Positions 1 to 11,287 are shown, numbered from the stretch's first letter. The stretch is 64,000 bases of DNA from Escherichia coli (GCF_041886205.1 NZ_CP169029.1); one strand, 5' to 3'. Notes: generated from the letters alone by a model not told the origin. Made by a program: numbers and translations.

Positions 1-268
1 AACTTCATTTCCTGAACCGCGAAACGCCGCGTTTTAGCTGTTACCCGGCTGACGCGGCTCTCTCCTGCCTTTTTCCCTGCTCCTGGACGGTTTTCCCCCT
101 GTTACACGGGAAGCGACCGCGATCAAAAAAGTCTGTTTATAAACTAATTCCTAACAACATCGCATTTTTTTGACACTAGAATTGCAGCAATATGGCGACG
201 CCATTACATTGTGCTTCTCAAAAAGCTTAAACGTTGGCTAAACAGCCCGGTTTAGTGAGGATCGCCCG

Positions 269-2560
269 TTGTCAGAACTACTCTCTTTCGCCCTTTTTCT
301 CGCCTCTGTGCTGATTTACGCATGGAAAGCGGGACGTAACACCTGGTGGTTTGCAGCCACATTAACGGTGCTGGGGCTATTTGTCGTTTTAAATATCACC
401 CTGTTTGCCAGCGACTATTTTACTGGCGATGGTATTAACGACGCGGTTCTCTATACCTTAACCAACAGCCTGACCGGTGCTGGCGTCAGCAAATACATCC
501 TGCCGGGTATCGGCATTGTGCTGGGGCTGACGGCGGTGTTCGGTGCGCTGGGCTGGATCCTGCGCCGTCGTCGTCATCATCCGCACCATTTTGGTTACAG
601 CCTGCTGGCGCTCTTACTGGCGCTGGGTTCGGTGGACGCCAGCCCGGCATTTCGTCAGATAACGGAACTGGTGAAATCCCAGTCACGCGATGGCGACCCG
701 GACTTTGCGGCTTATTATAAAGAGCCGTCGAAAACTATCCCTGACCCGAAACTCAACCTGGTTTATATCTATGGCGAAAGTCTCGAGCGAACCTATTTTG
801 ATAACGAAGCTTTCCCGGATCTCACGCCTGAACTGGGCGCGTTGAAAAATGAAGGCCTTGATTTCAGCCACACGCAGCAGCTGCCAGGAACGGATTACAC
901 GATTGCGGGCATGGTGGCTTCTCAGTGCGGCATTCCGCTTTTTGCCCCATTTGAAGGTAACGCCTCCGCTTCTGTTTCCAGCTTCTTCCCGCAGAACATC
1001 TGTCTGGGCGATATCCTGAAAAACTCGGGTTATCAGAACTATTTCGTGCAGGGCGCGAATCTGCGTTTTGCCGGTAAAGATGTGTTCCTGAAGTCGCATG
1101 GCTTCGACCACTTATACGGCTCAGAAGAGCTGAAAAGCGTGGTGGCCGACCCGCACTATCGCAACGACTGGGGATTCTACGACGATACCGTTCTCGATGA
1201 AGCGTGGAAAAAGTTTGAAGAGCTTTCCCGTTCTGGTCAGCGATTCTCACTGTTTACCCTGACAGTCGATACCCATCACCCGGATGGTTTTATCTCGCGT
1301 ACCTGTAACCGCAAAAAATATGATTTTGACGGTAAACCGAATCAGTCATTCAGCGCGGTAAGTTGCAGCCAGGAGAACATCGCGACGTTTATCAACAAAA
1401 TCAAAGCGTCACCGTGGTTTAAAGATACTGTCATCGTCGTCTCTTCTGACCATTTAGCGATGAACAACACGGCGTGGAAATACCTTAATAAGCAGGATCG
1501 CAATAACCTGTTTTTTGTCATTCGTGGCGACAAGCCGCAGCAAGAGACGCTGGCAGTGAAGCGTAACACGATGGATAACGGCGCGACGGTGCTGGACATT
1601 CTCGGTGGCGATAACTATCTCGGACTTGGTCGTAGCAGTTTATCCGGGCAGTCAATGTCGGAAATCTTCCTCAATATCAAAGAGAAAACATTGGCGTGGA
1701 AGCCGGATATCATCCGCCTGTGGAAATTCCCTAAAGAGATGAAAGAGTTCACCATCGACCAGCAGAAAAACATGATTGCCTTCTCGGGTAGCCATTTCCG
1801 TTTGCCGCTGCTGTTGCGGGTTTCAGACAAACGCGTGGAACCGCTGCCGGAAAGCGAATACTCAGCACCGCTGCGTTTCCAGTTGGCCGATTTCGCTCCA
1901 CGCGACAATTTCGTCTGGGTTGACCGTTGCTATAAGATGGCACAACTCTGGGCTCCGGAACTGGCACTCTCCACCGACTGGTGTGTCTCGCAGGGGCAGC
2001 TTGGCGGTCAGCAAATTGTCCAGCATGTTGATAAAACAATGTGGAAGGGCAAAACGGCATTTAAAGATACGGTCATCGACATGGCGCGTTACAAAGGCAA
2101 TGTCGATACGCTGAAGATTGTTGATAACGATATTCGCTACAAAGCCGACAGTTTCATCTTTAACGTCGCCGGTGCGCCAGAAGAGGTGAAACAGTTTAGC
2201 GGGATTTCCCGTCCGGAGTCGTGGGGCCGCTGGTCCAACGCGCAGCTGGGCGATGAAGTAAAAATCGAGTACAAGCATCCGCTGCCGAAGAAATTTGACC
2301 TGGTGATTACCGCCAAAGCATACGGCAATAACGCCAGCCGTCCTATTCCGGTACGCGTAGGCAATGAAGAACAAACTCTTGTGCTGGGCAATGAAGTGAC
2401 CACCACCACACTGCATTTCGATAACCCAACCGATGCCGACACACTGGTAATTGTGCCGCCGGAACCTGTCTCAACCAACGAAGGGAATATCCTCGGACAC
2501 TCGCCGCGTAAGCTCGGGATCGGCATGGTGGAAATTAAAGTTGTGGAACGTGAAGGGTAA
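269..2560 (+). CDS. opgB: Phosphoglycerol transferase I (OPG biosynthesis), sulfatase-family membrane enzyme
   Basis: 763-aa ORF with TTG start; N-terminal multi-TM region followed by sulfatase-like periplasmic domain; matches remembered OpgB/MdoB length and N-terminus [14 protein letters not shown]; synteny next to lgo genes. Confidence 0.88.
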   Translation: MSELLSFALFLASVLIYAWKAGRNTWWFAATLTVLGLFVVLNITLFASDYFTGDGINDAVLYTLTNSLTGAGVSKYILPGIGIVLGLTAVFGALGWILRRRRHHPHHFGYSLLALLLALGSVDASPAFRQITELVKSQSRDGDPDFAAYYKEPSKTIPDPKLNLVYIYGESLERTYFDNEAFPDLTPELGALKNEGLDFSHTQQLPGTDYTIAGMVASQCGIPLFAPFEGNASASVSSFFPQNICLGDILKNSGYQNYFVQGANLRFAGKDVFLKSHGFDHLYGSEELKSVVADPHYRNDWGFYDDTVLDEAWKKFEELSRSGQRFSLFTLTVDTHHPDGFISRTCNRKKYDFDGKPNQSFSAVSCSQENIATFINKIKASPWFKDTVIVVSSDHLAMNNTAWKYLNKQDRNNLFFVIRGDKPQQETLAVKRNTMDNGATVLDILGGDNYLGLGRSSLSGQSMSEIFLNIKEKTLAWKPDIIRLWKFPKEMKEFTIDQQKNMIAFSGSHFRLPLLLRVSDKRVEPLPESEYSAPLRFQLADFAPRDNFVWVDRCYKMAQLWAPELALSTDWCVSQGQLGGQQIVQHVDKTMWKGKTAFKDTVIDMARYKGNVDTLKIVDNDIRYKADSFIFNVAGAPEEVKQFSGISRPESWGRWSNAQLGDEVKIEYKHPLPKKFDLVITAKAYGNNASRPIPVRVGNEEQTLVLGNEVTTTTLHFDNPTDADTLVIVPPEPVSTNEGNILGHSPRKLGIGMVEIKVVEREG

Positions 2561-2571
2561 TTCCTGACTGA

Positions 2572-2602
2572 TGTGTAGGTCGCATAAGGTGCGACCTACA
2601 CA
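2572..2602. repeat. REP-like perfect 13-bp inverted repeat immediately downstream of opgB
   Basis: tgtgtaggtcgca / taagg / tgcgacctacaca; no T-run, so more REP-like than intrinsic terminator. Confidence 0.5.
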
Positions 2603-2699
2603 CCTTCTCCGGCCTACAAAACATCATTGAGAAACAGAAAAAAAACAGCGCCCAACACTTCCCCGGACGCTGCATGGCAACTTTAATAATCTCGCCTTA

Positions 2700-3722
2700 T
2701 CAGAAAGTAATTACACCCTTAATCAACTCACGATTGTTAATCACATCGCGCTCGTAGGTTTCTGCCAGCGTGGCGAACGGATAGCGATGGGTTAACATCA
2801 TGTCAGCAGTGATTTTTCCTTCCGCCATCAGTCGACCGACTTTAGCAAAATCTTCCGGCGTGGCGTTGCGGCTGCCCATCATCGTCGTTTCTTTTTTATG
2901 GAATTCCGGATCGGAGAACTGCAACTCACCTTTAAACAGGCCGACAAATACCACCGTGCCGCCGTGACGAATCAGATTCACGGTGTTATTCATCGCATGT
3001 TGATTACCTGTCGCGTCGATCACTTTCTGCGCCAGCGAACCACCAAACTGCGCCCGCAGCTGCGCGTCAAAATCTTCGGCTGACGGGTCCAGCACGGGCA
3101 ACTCCAGACGCGTTGCCACATGTTCACGGCGCGCCGGACTGGTATCCGCCACCACCACCTGTGCGCCATCGGCTTTAGCGATTGCCGCCGCGCCCAGACC
3201 GATTGGCCCCGCCCCGACCACCAGCACCTGCTCGCCGGGAGCAATGGCTGCGCGACGCACTGCATGAGCGCTAATAGCGAAAGGTTCAATCAATGCTGCC
3301 GCCTGCGGGTCAATACCGTCTGCGGGCAAAATGTTCGCCACCGGCACGCTCAAATACTCACTAAAACCGCCATCCTGATGCACGCCAATGACTGAAATTT
3401 TTTCACAGCAATTGGTACGCCCGCTTTTACACGCCGGGCATTGCTGACAGGCAACATAAGGGATCACAGCAACTTGCTGACCATTTTTAAGATCAGCAAT
3501 ATTTTTACCCAGCCCAACAATCTCCCCACATATTTCATGGCCTAAAACCCGTGGATAACTAAAAAAAGGTTGATTTCCACCCCAGGCATGAATATCGGTA
3601 CCGCAAATCCCGACAGACTTAATTTTTATTAATGCTTCATTGTCACCCGGAATAGGTATCTCGCGTTGTTTCCAGACTAATTCTTTCGGCTGCTGGCAAA
3701 TTAAAACATTCATCGTAGACAT
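2700..3722 (-). CDS. lgoD: L-galactonate 5-dehydrogenase, Zn-dependent alcohol dehydrogenase family
   Basis: 340 aa from ATG at 3722 (MSTMNVLICQQPKE); Zn-ADH motifs GHEICGEIV and Cys cluster CQQCPACK, NAD-binding GAGPIGLG; synteny with lgoR/lgoT. Confidence 0.85.
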   Translation of the reverse strand: MSTMNVLICQQPKELVWKQREIPIPGDNEALIKIKSVGICGTDIHAWGGNQPFFSYPRVLGHEICGEIVGLGKNIADLKNGQQVAVIPYVACQQCPACKSGRTNCCEKISVIGVHQDGGFSEYLSVPVANILPADGIDPQAAALIEPFAISAHAVRRAAIAPGEQVLVVGAGPIGLGAAAIAKADGAQVVVADTSPARREHVATRLELPVLDPSAEDFDAQLRAQFGGSLAQKVIDATGNQHAMNNTVNLIRHGGTVVFVGLFKGELQFSDPEFHKKETTMMGSRNATPEDFAKVGRLMAEGKITADMMLTHRYPFATLAETYERDVINNRELIKGVITF

Positions 3723-3860
3723 GATTCGGCTCTCCATTTTTTGTTGCCTTAGATATCAATGAAAATGAAAAATGGCAGCGGAACGGAAAATCTGTTTTGT
3801 GAAAACACACGCATAAAAATGTTTTAAATCGGGTTTTAATGGACTCACAAGGAGGAAAAT

Positions 3861-4775
3861 ATGAGTCGTTCACAAAATTTACGCCACAATGTGATTAACC
3901 AGGTCATTGATGATATGGCGCGGGGTCATATCCCTTCCCCACTTCCATCGCAAAGTGCGCTGGCGGAAATGTACAACATCAGCCGCACCACAGTGCGTCA
4001 TATTCTCAGCCATTTACGCGAATGCGGCGTCTTGACGCAGGTTGGAAACGACTATGTTATTGCGCGTAAACCTGACCACGATGACGGTTTCGCCTGTACT
4101 ACCGCTTCAATGAGTGAACAAAACAAAGTGTTTGAGCAGGCTTTTTTCACGATGATAAACCAGCGTCAGTTACGCCCTGGGGAAACTTTTTCTGAACTGC
4201 AACTGGCGCGGGCCGCGGGTGTCAGCCCGGTGGTTGTAAGAGAATATCTTTTAAAATTCGGCCGTTATAATCTAATTCAAAGCGAAAAGCGCGGCCAGTG
4301 GAGCATGAAGCAATTCGATCAATCCTACGCCGAGCAGCTGTTTGAGCTACGCGAAATGCTCGAAACACATTCACTTCAGCACTTTCTCAACCTGCCTGAT
4401 CATGATCCCCGCTGGCTGCAGGCGAAAACCATGCTCGAACGTCATCGGCTACTGCGTGACAACATCGGCAATAGCTTTCGCATGTTCTCGCAACTTGACA
4501 GAGATTTTCACTCCTTACTGCTTTCGGCTGCCGACAATATCTTTTTTGATCAATCGCTTGAGATCATCTCAGTCATCTTTCATTTTCACTATCAATGGGA
4601 CGAAAGCGATCTTAAACAGCGCAATATCATTGCCGTCGATGAGCATATGACCATTCTCAGCGCTCTGATTTGCCGCAGTGACCTTGATGCCACCCTTGCG
4701 CTCCGTAACCATTTGAATTCAGCTAAACAATCAATGATTCGATCCATTAATGAGAACACGCGTTATGCTCATTAA
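3861..4775 (+). CDS. lgoR: GntR-family transcriptional regulator of L-galactonate utilisation
   Basis: 304 aa; N-terminal winged-HTH (ISRTTVRHILSHLRECGVL) plus C-terminal FCD-like domain; SD GGAGG before ATG. Confidence 0.82.
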   Translation: MSRSQNLRHNVINQVIDDMARGHIPSPLPSQSALAEMYNISRTTVRHILSHLRECGVLTQVGNDYVIARKPDHDDGFACTTASMSEQNKVFEQAFFTMINQRQLRPGETFSELQLARAAGVSPVVVREYLLKFGRYNLIQSEKRGQWSMKQFDQSYAEQLFELREMLETHSLQHFLNLPDHDPRWLQAKTMLERHRLLRDNIGNSFRMFSQLDRDFHSLLLSAADNIFFDQSLEIISVIFHFHYQWDESDLKQRNIIAVDEHMTILSALICRSDLDATLALRNHLNSAKQSMIRSINENTRYAH

Positions 4776-4989
4776 GTACGGATTAAAAACAGCAAACTAT
4801 TAGCGGGTGCACGGTTTTATCAAAAGATAAATACCGGGAAATTCCCGCTTACCTATGCTCACAATCAGTCGACTAAAAATGTTTTTGTGAGCGGTAGTAA
4901 AGTCCTAAAACTTTAACCTGCCGTTAATGTCAACCTTGCGTAATGCACAATTACGTAAACAATTAAAATTATAAATACAGGAGTCCGGC

Positions 4990-6351
4990 GTGGAAAAAGA
5001 AAATATCACCCTCGATCCGCGTTCTTCATTTACTCCATCTTCGTCGGCAGATATTCCCGTGCCACCAGATGGATTAGTTCAACGCAGTACCCGAATTAAA
5101 CGCATTCAAACCACCGCCATGTTGTTATTATTTTTTGCGGCGGTAATCAATTATCTCGACCGCAGTTCGCTGTCGGTAGCAAATTTAACGATTCGTGAAG
5201 AATTGGGATTAAGTGCCACCGAAATCGGCGCTTTGCTCTCCGTGTTTTCACTCGCTTACGGCATTGCGCAACTTCCTTGCGGCCCACTATTGGATCGTAA
5301 AGGCCCACGCCTGATGCTGGGACTGGGGATGTTCTTCTGGTCACTGTTCCAGGCCATGTCTGGCATGGTGCACAGCTTTACGCAGTTCGTGTTGGTGCGT
5401 ATCGGTATGGGGATTGGTGAAGCGCCGATGAACCCATGCGGTGTAAAAGTCATTAACGACTGGTTCAACATCAAAGAGCGCGGACGCCCGATGGGCTTCT
5501 TCAACGCAGCTTCTACCATTGGCGTTGCCGTAAGCCCACCGATTCTGGCGGCGATGATGCTGGTGATGGGCTGGCGCGGGATGTTTATTACCATTGGTGT
5601 ACTGGGGATTTTTCTCGCCATCGGCTGGTATATGCTCTATCGCAACCGCGAGCACGTAGAACTGACTGCCGTTGAACAAGCTTATCTCAATGCAGGTAGC
5701 GTCAATGCCCGCCGAGATCCGCTCAGTTTTGCCGAATGGCGCAGCTTGTTCCGTAACCGCACAATGTGGGGAATGATGCTCGGATTCAGTGGCATCAACT
5801 ACACTGCGTGGCTGTATCTGGCCTGGCTTCCTGGTTACCTGCAAACAGCCTATAACCTGGATTTAAAAAGCACAGGGTTGATGGCGGCTATCCCTTTCCT
5901 GTTTGGGGCTGCCGGGATGCTGGTCAACGGTTACGTTACCGACTGGCTGGTCAAAGGGGGAATGGCTCCGATTAAAAGCCGTAAGATCTGCATTATTGCC
6001 GGGATGTTCTGTTCTGCCGCCTTTACGCTGATAGTACCACAAGCGACAACATCCATGACGGCGGTTCTGCTGATTGGCATGGCACTGTTCTGTATTCACT
6101 TTGCCGGAACATCCTGCTGGGGCTTGATCCACGTCGCAGTTGCTTCTCGCATGACTGCGTCGGTGGGCAGTATCCAGAACTTTGCCAGCTTCATCTGCGC
6201 CTCTTTCGCGCCGATCATTACTGGTTTTATTGTTGATACCACCCACTCATTCCGTCTGGCACTAATCATCTGCGGTTGCGTCACCGCAGCGGGGGCACTG
6301 GCGTACATCTTCCTGGTTCGTCAGCCGATCAACGACCCACGTAAAGATTAA
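4990..6351 (+). CDS. lgoT: MFS-family L-galactonate:H+ symporter
   Basis: 453 aa, GTG start, 12 predicted TM segments, MFS signature region GPLLDRKGPR. Confidence 0.82.
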   Translation: MEKENITLDPRSSFTPSSSADIPVPPDGLVQRSTRIKRIQTTAMLLLFFAAVINYLDRSSLSVANLTIREELGLSATEIGALLSVFSLAYGIAQLPCGPLLDRKGPRLMLGLGMFFWSLFQAMSGMVHSFTQFVLVRIGMGIGEAPMNPCGVKVINDWFNIKERGRPMGFFNAASTIGVAVSPPILAAMMLVMGWRGMFITIGVLGIFLAIGWYMLYRNREHVELTAVEQAYLNAGSVNARRDPLSFAEWRSLFRNRTMWGMMLGFSGINYTAWLYLAWLPGYLQTAYNLDLKSTGLMAAIPFLFGAAGMLVNGYVTDWLVKGGMAPIKSRKICIIAGMFCSAAFTLIVPQATTSMTAVLLIGMALFCIHFAGTSCWGLIHVAVASRMTASVGSIQNFASFICASFAPIITGFIVDTTHSFRLALIICGCVTAAGALAYIFLVRQPINDPRKD

Positions 6352-6360
6352 TCTCCCTAT

Positions 6361-6394
6361 GCCCGATAACATTTTGCTTATCGGGCATTTTTAT
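6361..6394 (+). terminator. Rho-independent terminator after lgoT
   Basis: gcccgataa / cattttgc / ttatcgggc hairpin followed by atttttat. Confidence 0.7.
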
Positions 6395-6399
6395 GGCGA

Positions 6400-8064
6400 T
6401 TAAAACGTTTCCCAGTTCTCACCGCTATCTGCCACGGCCATTTTACGCGGCGCAGCTGGCATCACGGTTTTTACCACAGCCGATGTTTCACGCTGCTGTT
6501 GCTGCTGTTGCTGAATCCGGAACACTGCCACAGCTTCGGTCAGGCGACTGGCCTGCTCTTCCAGCGCGGCGGCGGCAGCGGCAGACTCTTCCACCAACGC
6601 GGCGTTCTGTTGAGTTACCCGGTCCATCTCAGCAACCGCTAAGCCAACCTGATCGATACCGCGGCTCTGCTCATCAGAAGCAGAAGCAATTTCGCCCATA
6701 ATGTCCGTCACGCGGGTCACGGCGCTGACAATCTCCGCCATTGTTTCCCCGGCGCTTTCGACCAGCGTAGAGCCAACATCCACTTTCCCCACCGAGTCTT
6801 CAATCAGGCTTTTAATTTCACGAGCCGCCTGGGCGCTGCGCTGGGCCAGATTACGCACTTCACCCGCGACCACCGCAAAACCGCGCCCTTGCTCACCCGC
6901 ACGCGCAGCCTCAACCGCCGCGTTCAAAGCCAGAATATTGGTCTGGAAGGCAATGCCGTCAATTACGCTGATAATATCGGCGATTTTCTGCGAACTGGTG
7001 GAAATATCGCGCATAGTCTGCACCACGTTATCTACCACTTTGCCGCCGCGTTGCGCCGTTTCAGAAGCACTTAACGCCAGGTGGCTGGCCTGGCGCGCAT
7101 TCTCGGCGTTCTGTTTCACCGTTGCGGTCAGTTGCTCCATGCTGGCTGCCGTCTCTTCCAGCGAAGCGGCCTGTTGCTCGGTGCGCGAAGAGAGATCGTT
7201 ATTGCCGGTGGCGATTTCGCTGGCACCGCTATAGATGGCATTGGCCCCGTTGCGCACATCACCGACGGTACGCATCAGCTCTCCCTGCATATGGCGCAAA
7301 CTCTCTGCCAGTTGCCCCATCTCATTAGAGCCATCCACCTCAATCGGTTTCACCAGATCGCCGCCTGCAATATGACGAATGCTGTCAATCAGGCGATTCA
7401 TTGGCGCTACCAGCGAGGCTTTAATACCGAACCAGACGGCGAAGATGACCGCCAGTACGACGATCATCACGCCCACCAGAATCCACATCGCCTGGCTGTA
7501 GGAGGCATTGTTATCGCTGACGGCGATATCATAGAGCCGATCGTTTTGCTCCATGTAAGCCACATACTGCTTCTCGAAACCGTCCTGATATCCCTGGGTC
7601 GGCTGATCAAAGAACTCGTTGATTTTGCCTGCACCTAACAGTTGGATCAGCTCCGCCAGCGCATTGTGATAAATATCGTAATTACGTTTGATCTCTGCCG
7701 CTGCGGCGGTGCTCTGACGCGGGTCACGCGGCAACGCTTCGTAATCCGCCCAGTTTTTTTCCGCCTGTTTCAGCGAAATACTGGCACTCTGCATCAGCTC
7801 AGCAACGGTTGAACCGCTACCAATATTATTCTGATCCATCATGTAGCGGATACCCGCGCGGTTGAGGGTGTTACGCGTCTGCAACAACGCGACCCAGCTG
7901 CCATTCAGCGTGGATTGCTGCTGGCGAATGGTTTGTAAAACAGTGAAATTTTCTTTGTCATTCTTTAAGGCATTAAAGAACAGACCGCCTGATGTCAGTT
8001 GTAAAAGGCCAAAAACGGCCAAAACCAGCAGTAAGCTGGTCACGATCTTGATACGTTTTAACAT
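6400..8064 (-). CDS. tsr: Methyl-accepting chemotaxis protein I (serine chemoreceptor)
   Basis: 554 aa; two TM segments, HAMP, highly conserved MCP signalling core ([37 protein letters not shown]), C-terminal NWETF pentapeptide; contains a 7-Gln tract near the C-terminus. Confidence 0.92.
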   Translation of the reverse strand: MLKRIKIVTSLLLVLAVFGLLQLTSGGLFFNALKNDKENFTVLQTIRQQQSTLNGSWVALLQTRNTLNRAGIRYMMDQNNIGSGSTVAELMQSASISLKQAEKNWADYEALPRDPRQSTAAAAEIKRNYDIYHNALAELIQLLGAGKINEFFDQPTQGYQDGFEKQYVAYMEQNDRLYDIAVSDNNASYSQAMWILVGVMIVVLAVIFAVWFGIKASLVAPMNRLIDSIRHIAGGDLVKPIEVDGSNEMGQLAESLRHMQGELMRTVGDVRNGANAIYSGASEIATGNNDLSSRTEQQAASLEETAASMEQLTATVKQNAENARQASHLALSASETAQRGGKVVDNVVQTMRDISTSSQKIADIISVIDGIAFQTNILALNAAVEAARAGEQGRGFAVVAGEVRNLAQRSAQAAREIKSLIEDSVGKVDVGSTLVESAGETMAEIVSAVTRVTDIMGEIASASDEQSRGIDQVGLAVAEMDRVTQQNAALVEESAAAAAALEEQASRLTEAVAVFRIQQQQQQQRETSAVVKTVMPAAPRKMAVADSGENWETF

Positions 8065-8095
8065 GGTTTCTCTTTCCTGTGGACCGACATCAGGA

Positions 8096-8122
8096 TTTTC
8101 GGCCTGAAATGAGAAAACTTTA
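8096..8122 (-). promoter_or_regulatory. Sigma-28 (FliA) class-3 flagellar promoter of tsr
   Basis: On the minus strand TAAAGTTT-N11-GCCGAAAA, one mismatch from consensus TAAAGTTT-N11-GCCGATAA, about 30 nt upstream of the tsr ATG. Confidence 0.7.
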
Positions 8123-8292
8123 TAGGTAGCGACTTGAAACTGGTTAATTTTACCTCACTTTTTTAATTTTTGTTCAAAAATACAATAACCACTTATTGAT
8201 ACATTTTCTTTTCTTATTTTTTTCACACGAATTGTATCTATTTTGAACGAAATATTTTATAGAGTGTGGAATTTTAAGAAAGGACATCTGAA

Positions 8293-8835
8293 ATGTTAAA
8301 CCGTGACTTCGATCATCTCTCAACGCTATTACATCTCTTTTTTGAACGTGAGGATATTTGCCAAAAGCTTAATATTATTGACCAAAACAATATCACCGGT
8401 TGGGAAGTGTGGTTCCAGGTAGAATTTGCTAATATGCTCTGCTCAACAGACCATGAATGGTGGCGTGAACAGGCACTTTCCTGTGATATGCGCAAAAAAC
8501 CTGAACGCCCGACACTACGCACAGATTTCTTACTACGTAAAAAAGGCTGGGCGCAAGATAGCTATATCGCGCTTGAAATAAAACAAAACAGTGACGCGAC
8601 CAGTTGTGTTAAAAATATGATCGCAGACTTAGAAAAAAGCGCCAAAATCAAACGTTCAGAACTCGAGTTACGCAGTTTCTGGACCCTGGGTATCACCCCT
8701 GTGATAGACAGAGAAAGGCTGGATTCTCTCATCGATTGCTATTTAGATGAGAAATTTTATCTTACTAAATCTCGTAAAAAACACGTTTTACTTAAAGAAA
8801 TAAATAATACACCATATTCCTATATTGTTATTTAA
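8293..8835 (+). CDS. Hypothetical 180-aa protein with PD-(D/E)XK-like motif, AT-rich
   Basis: 543-nt ORF in strongly AT-rich DNA where long ORFs are unlikely by chance; AAGGA upstream of ATG; motif D(TDFLL)...E-I-K (YIALEIKQ) spaced like a PD-(D/E)XK nuclease core; I do not recall a gene between tsr and btsT in K-12. Confidence 0.5.
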   Translation: MLNRDFDHLSTLLHLFFEREDICQKLNIIDQNNITGWEVWFQVEFANMLCSTDHEWWREQALSCDMRKKPERPTLRTDFLLRKKGWAQDSYIALEIKQNSDATSCVKNMIADLEKSAKIKRSELELRSFWTLGITPVIDRERLDSLIDCYLDEKFYLTKSRKKHVLLKEINNTPYSYIVI

Positions 8836-8943
8836 TATTTATAGCATGAATATAATTTTTATATGAGTTACACAACCGAGGGCTAAAAATCGCTTCGGTT
8901 GTGATCATCATCACATAAATAACCTTCATAAACCTTGCTCAAA

Positions 8944-8971
8944 ACCGCTCAACCGCAAAACTGACCGCTTA
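8944..8971 (+). promoter_or_regulatory. Putative BtsR (YehT) LytTR-type response-regulator binding site upstream of btsT
   Basis: Direct repeats ACCGCTCA ... ACCGCTTA separated by about 12 bp, matching the remembered ACC(G/T)CT(C/T)A repeat motif of the yjiY/btsT promoter. Confidence 0.5.
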
Positions 8972-9127
8972 CGTCCCTAAAATAACCACTCAGTTATTTA
9001 CCTTACTTTACGCGCGCGTAACTCTGGCAACATCACTGCAGGATAGCGGTCAATTTACCTCCTCAAACGCAACGCAAACCTAGAACGGCTTCGGCCAACG
9101 ATTAATCAATACATGCCAGGTTTTACT

Positions 9128-11278
9128 ATGGATACTAAAAAGATATTCAAGCACATACCCTGGGTGATTCTCGGAATCATCGGTGCATTCTGCCTCGCGG
9201 TAGTTGCATTACGTCGGGGGGAGCACGTCAGCGCCCTGTGGATCGTGGTCGCCTCTGTGTCGGTGTATCTGGTGGCGTATCGCTACTACAGTCTGTACAT
9301 CGCCCAGAAGGTGATGAAACTCGACCCCACGCGCGCGACGCCTGCGGTTATTAACAACGACGGTCTGAACTACGTTCCGACCAACCGTTACGTGTTGTTT
9401 GGTCACCACTTCGCCGCTATCGCCGGTGCTGGTCCGCTGGTCGGTCCGGTTCTCGCCGCACAGATGGGCTACCTGCCTGGCACGCTGTGGCTGCTGGCGG
9501 GGGTAGTACTGGCCGGTGCGGTTCAGGACTTTATGGTGCTGTTTATCTCCTCTCGCCGTAACGGCGCATCTCTCGGTGAGATGATCAAAGAAGAGATGGG
9601 GCCAGTTCCGGGGACTATCGCGCTGTTTGGCTGTTTCTTAATCATGATCATCATCCTCGCCGTTCTGGCGCTGATTGTGGTTAAAGCCCTGGCCGAAAGT
9701 CCGTGGGGTGTCTTCACCGTTTGCTCAACCGTACCGATTGCGCTGTTTATGGGTATCTACATGCGCTTTATCCGTCCGGGGCGTGTGGGTGAAGTCTCTG
9801 TCATTGGTATCGTGCTGCTGGTTGCCTCTATCTACTTCGGTGGCGTGATTGCTCACGATCCGTACTGGGGTCCGGCACTGACCTTTAAAGACACCACCAT
9901 TACCTTCGCGCTGATTGGCTATGCGTTTGTTTCCGCACTGCTGCCGGTGTGGCTGATCCTCGCACCGCGCGACTATCTGGCAACCTTCCTGAAAATCGGC
10001 GTTATCGTCGGCCTGGCGCTGGGTATCGTGGTGCTGAACCCGGAACTGAAAATGCCTGCGATGACCCAGTACATTGACGGTACTGGCCCGCTATGGAAAG
10101 GCGCTCTGTTCCCGTTCCTGTTCATCACCATCGCCTGTGGTGCGGTATCTGGCTTCCACGCGCTGATCTCTTCCGGTACGACGCCGAAACTGCTGGCTAA
10201 TGAAACCGACGCGCGTTTCATTGGCTACGGCGCAATGCTGATGGAGTCCTTCGTGGCGATTATGGCGCTGGTTGCTGCATCCATCATCGAACCGGGTCTT
10301 TACTTCGCGATGAATACCCCGCCTGCTGGCCTTGGCATCACCATGCCTAACCTGCATGAAATGGGTGGCGAGAACGCGCCGATCATCATGGCGCAGCTGA
10401 AAGACGTTACCGCACACGCGGCAGCGACAGTCAGCTCCTGGGGCTTCGTGATTTCGCCAGAGCAGATCCTGCAAACCGCGAAAGACATTGGTGAGCCTTC
10501 TGTCCTGAACCGTGCAGGTGGTGCGCCGACGCTGGCGGTAGGTATCGCTCACGTGTTCCACAAAGTGCTGCCGATGGCTGACATGGGCTTCTGGTATCAC
10601 TTCGGTATTCTGTTCGAAGCCCTGTTCATCCTGACCGCGCTGGATGCGGGTACTCGTTCTGGCCGCTTTATGCTGCAAGACCTGCTGGGTAACTTCATCC
10701 CGTTCCTGAAAAAAACCGACTCTCTGGTTGCCGGTATCATCGGTACTGCGGGCTGTGTGGGTCTGTGGGGCTACCTGCTGTATCAGGGCGTGGTCGATCC
10801 GCTGGGCGGCGTTAAGAGCCTGTGGCCGCTGTTCGGTATTTCCAACCAGATGCTGGCAGCCGTAGCGCTGGTACTGGGCACCGTTGTGCTGATTAAGATG
10901 AAGCGCACCCAATACATCTGGGTAACTGTTGTTCCGGCTGTATGGCTGCTTATCTGCACCACCTGGGCGCTGGGTCTGAAACTGTTCAGCACCAACCCGC
11001 AGATGGAAGGCTTCTTCTACATGGCAAGCCAGTACAAAGAGAAGATTGCTAACGGTACTGACCTGACGGCGCAGCAGATTGCCAACATGAACCACATCGT
11101 TGTGAACAACTACACCAACGCGGGCCTGAGTATTCTGTTCCTGATTGTGGTGTACAGCATCATCTTCTACGGTTTCAAAACCTGGCTTGCGGTGCGTAAC
11201 AGCGACAAACGTACTGACAAAGAAACACCGTACGTTCCAATCCCGGAAGGCGGCGTGAAGATCTCTTCGCACCACTAA
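9128..11278 (+). CDS. btsT: Pyruvate/H+ symporter, CstA-family transporter
   Basis: 716 aa from ATG at 9128 (MDTKKIFKHIPWVILG); many TM helices; CstA family architecture; synteny with yjiX-yjiA. Confidence 0.88.
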   Translation: MDTKKIFKHIPWVILGIIGAFCLAVVALRRGEHVSALWIVVASVSVYLVAYRYYSLYIAQKVMKLDPTRATPAVINNDGLNYVPTNRYVLFGHHFAAIAGAGPLVGPVLAAQMGYLPGTLWLLAGVVLAGAVQDFMVLFISSRRNGASLGEMIKEEMGPVPGTIALFGCFLIMIIILAVLALIVVKALAESPWGVFTVCSTVPIALFMGIYMRFIRPGRVGEVSVIGIVLLVASIYFGGVIAHDPYWGPALTFKDTTITFALIGYAFVSALLPVWLILAPRDYLATFLKIGVIVGLALGIVVLNPELKMPAMTQYIDGTGPLWKGALFPFLFITIACGAVSGFHALISSGTTPKLLANETDARFIGYGAMLMESFVAIMALVAASIIEPGLYFAMNTPPAGLGITMPNLHEMGGENAPIIMAQLKDVTAHAAATVSSWGFVISPEQILQTAKDIGEPSVLNRAGGAPTLAVGIAHVFHKVLPMADMGFWYHFGILFEALFILTALDAGTRSGRFMLQDLLGNFIPFLKKTDSLVAGIIGTAGCVGLWGYLLYQGVVDPLGGVKSLWPLFGISNQMLAAVALVLGTVVLIKMKRTQYIWVTVVPAVWLLICTTWALGLKLFSTNPQMEGFFYMASQYKEKIANGTDLTAQQIANMNHIVVNNYTNAGLSILFLIVVYSIIFYGFKTWLAVRNSDKRTDKETPYVPIPEGGVKISSHH

Positions 11279-11287
11279 CCGTGTTTA

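Noticed and set aside
4342-4650. 102-aa plus-strand ORF within lgoR in another frame
   Set aside because: Embedded out-of-frame in lgoR; no RBS; the lgoR frame has a GntR HTH and the expected length
6393-6701. 102-aa plus-strand ORF overlapping the 3' end of tsr
   Set aside because: Lies antisense within tsr and its terminator region; Pro/Ala/Arg-rich low-complexity translation
10091-11275. 394-aa minus-strand ORF inside btsT
   Set aside because: Antisense to a well-supported transporter gene; Arg/His-rich composition typical of GC-rich shadow frames
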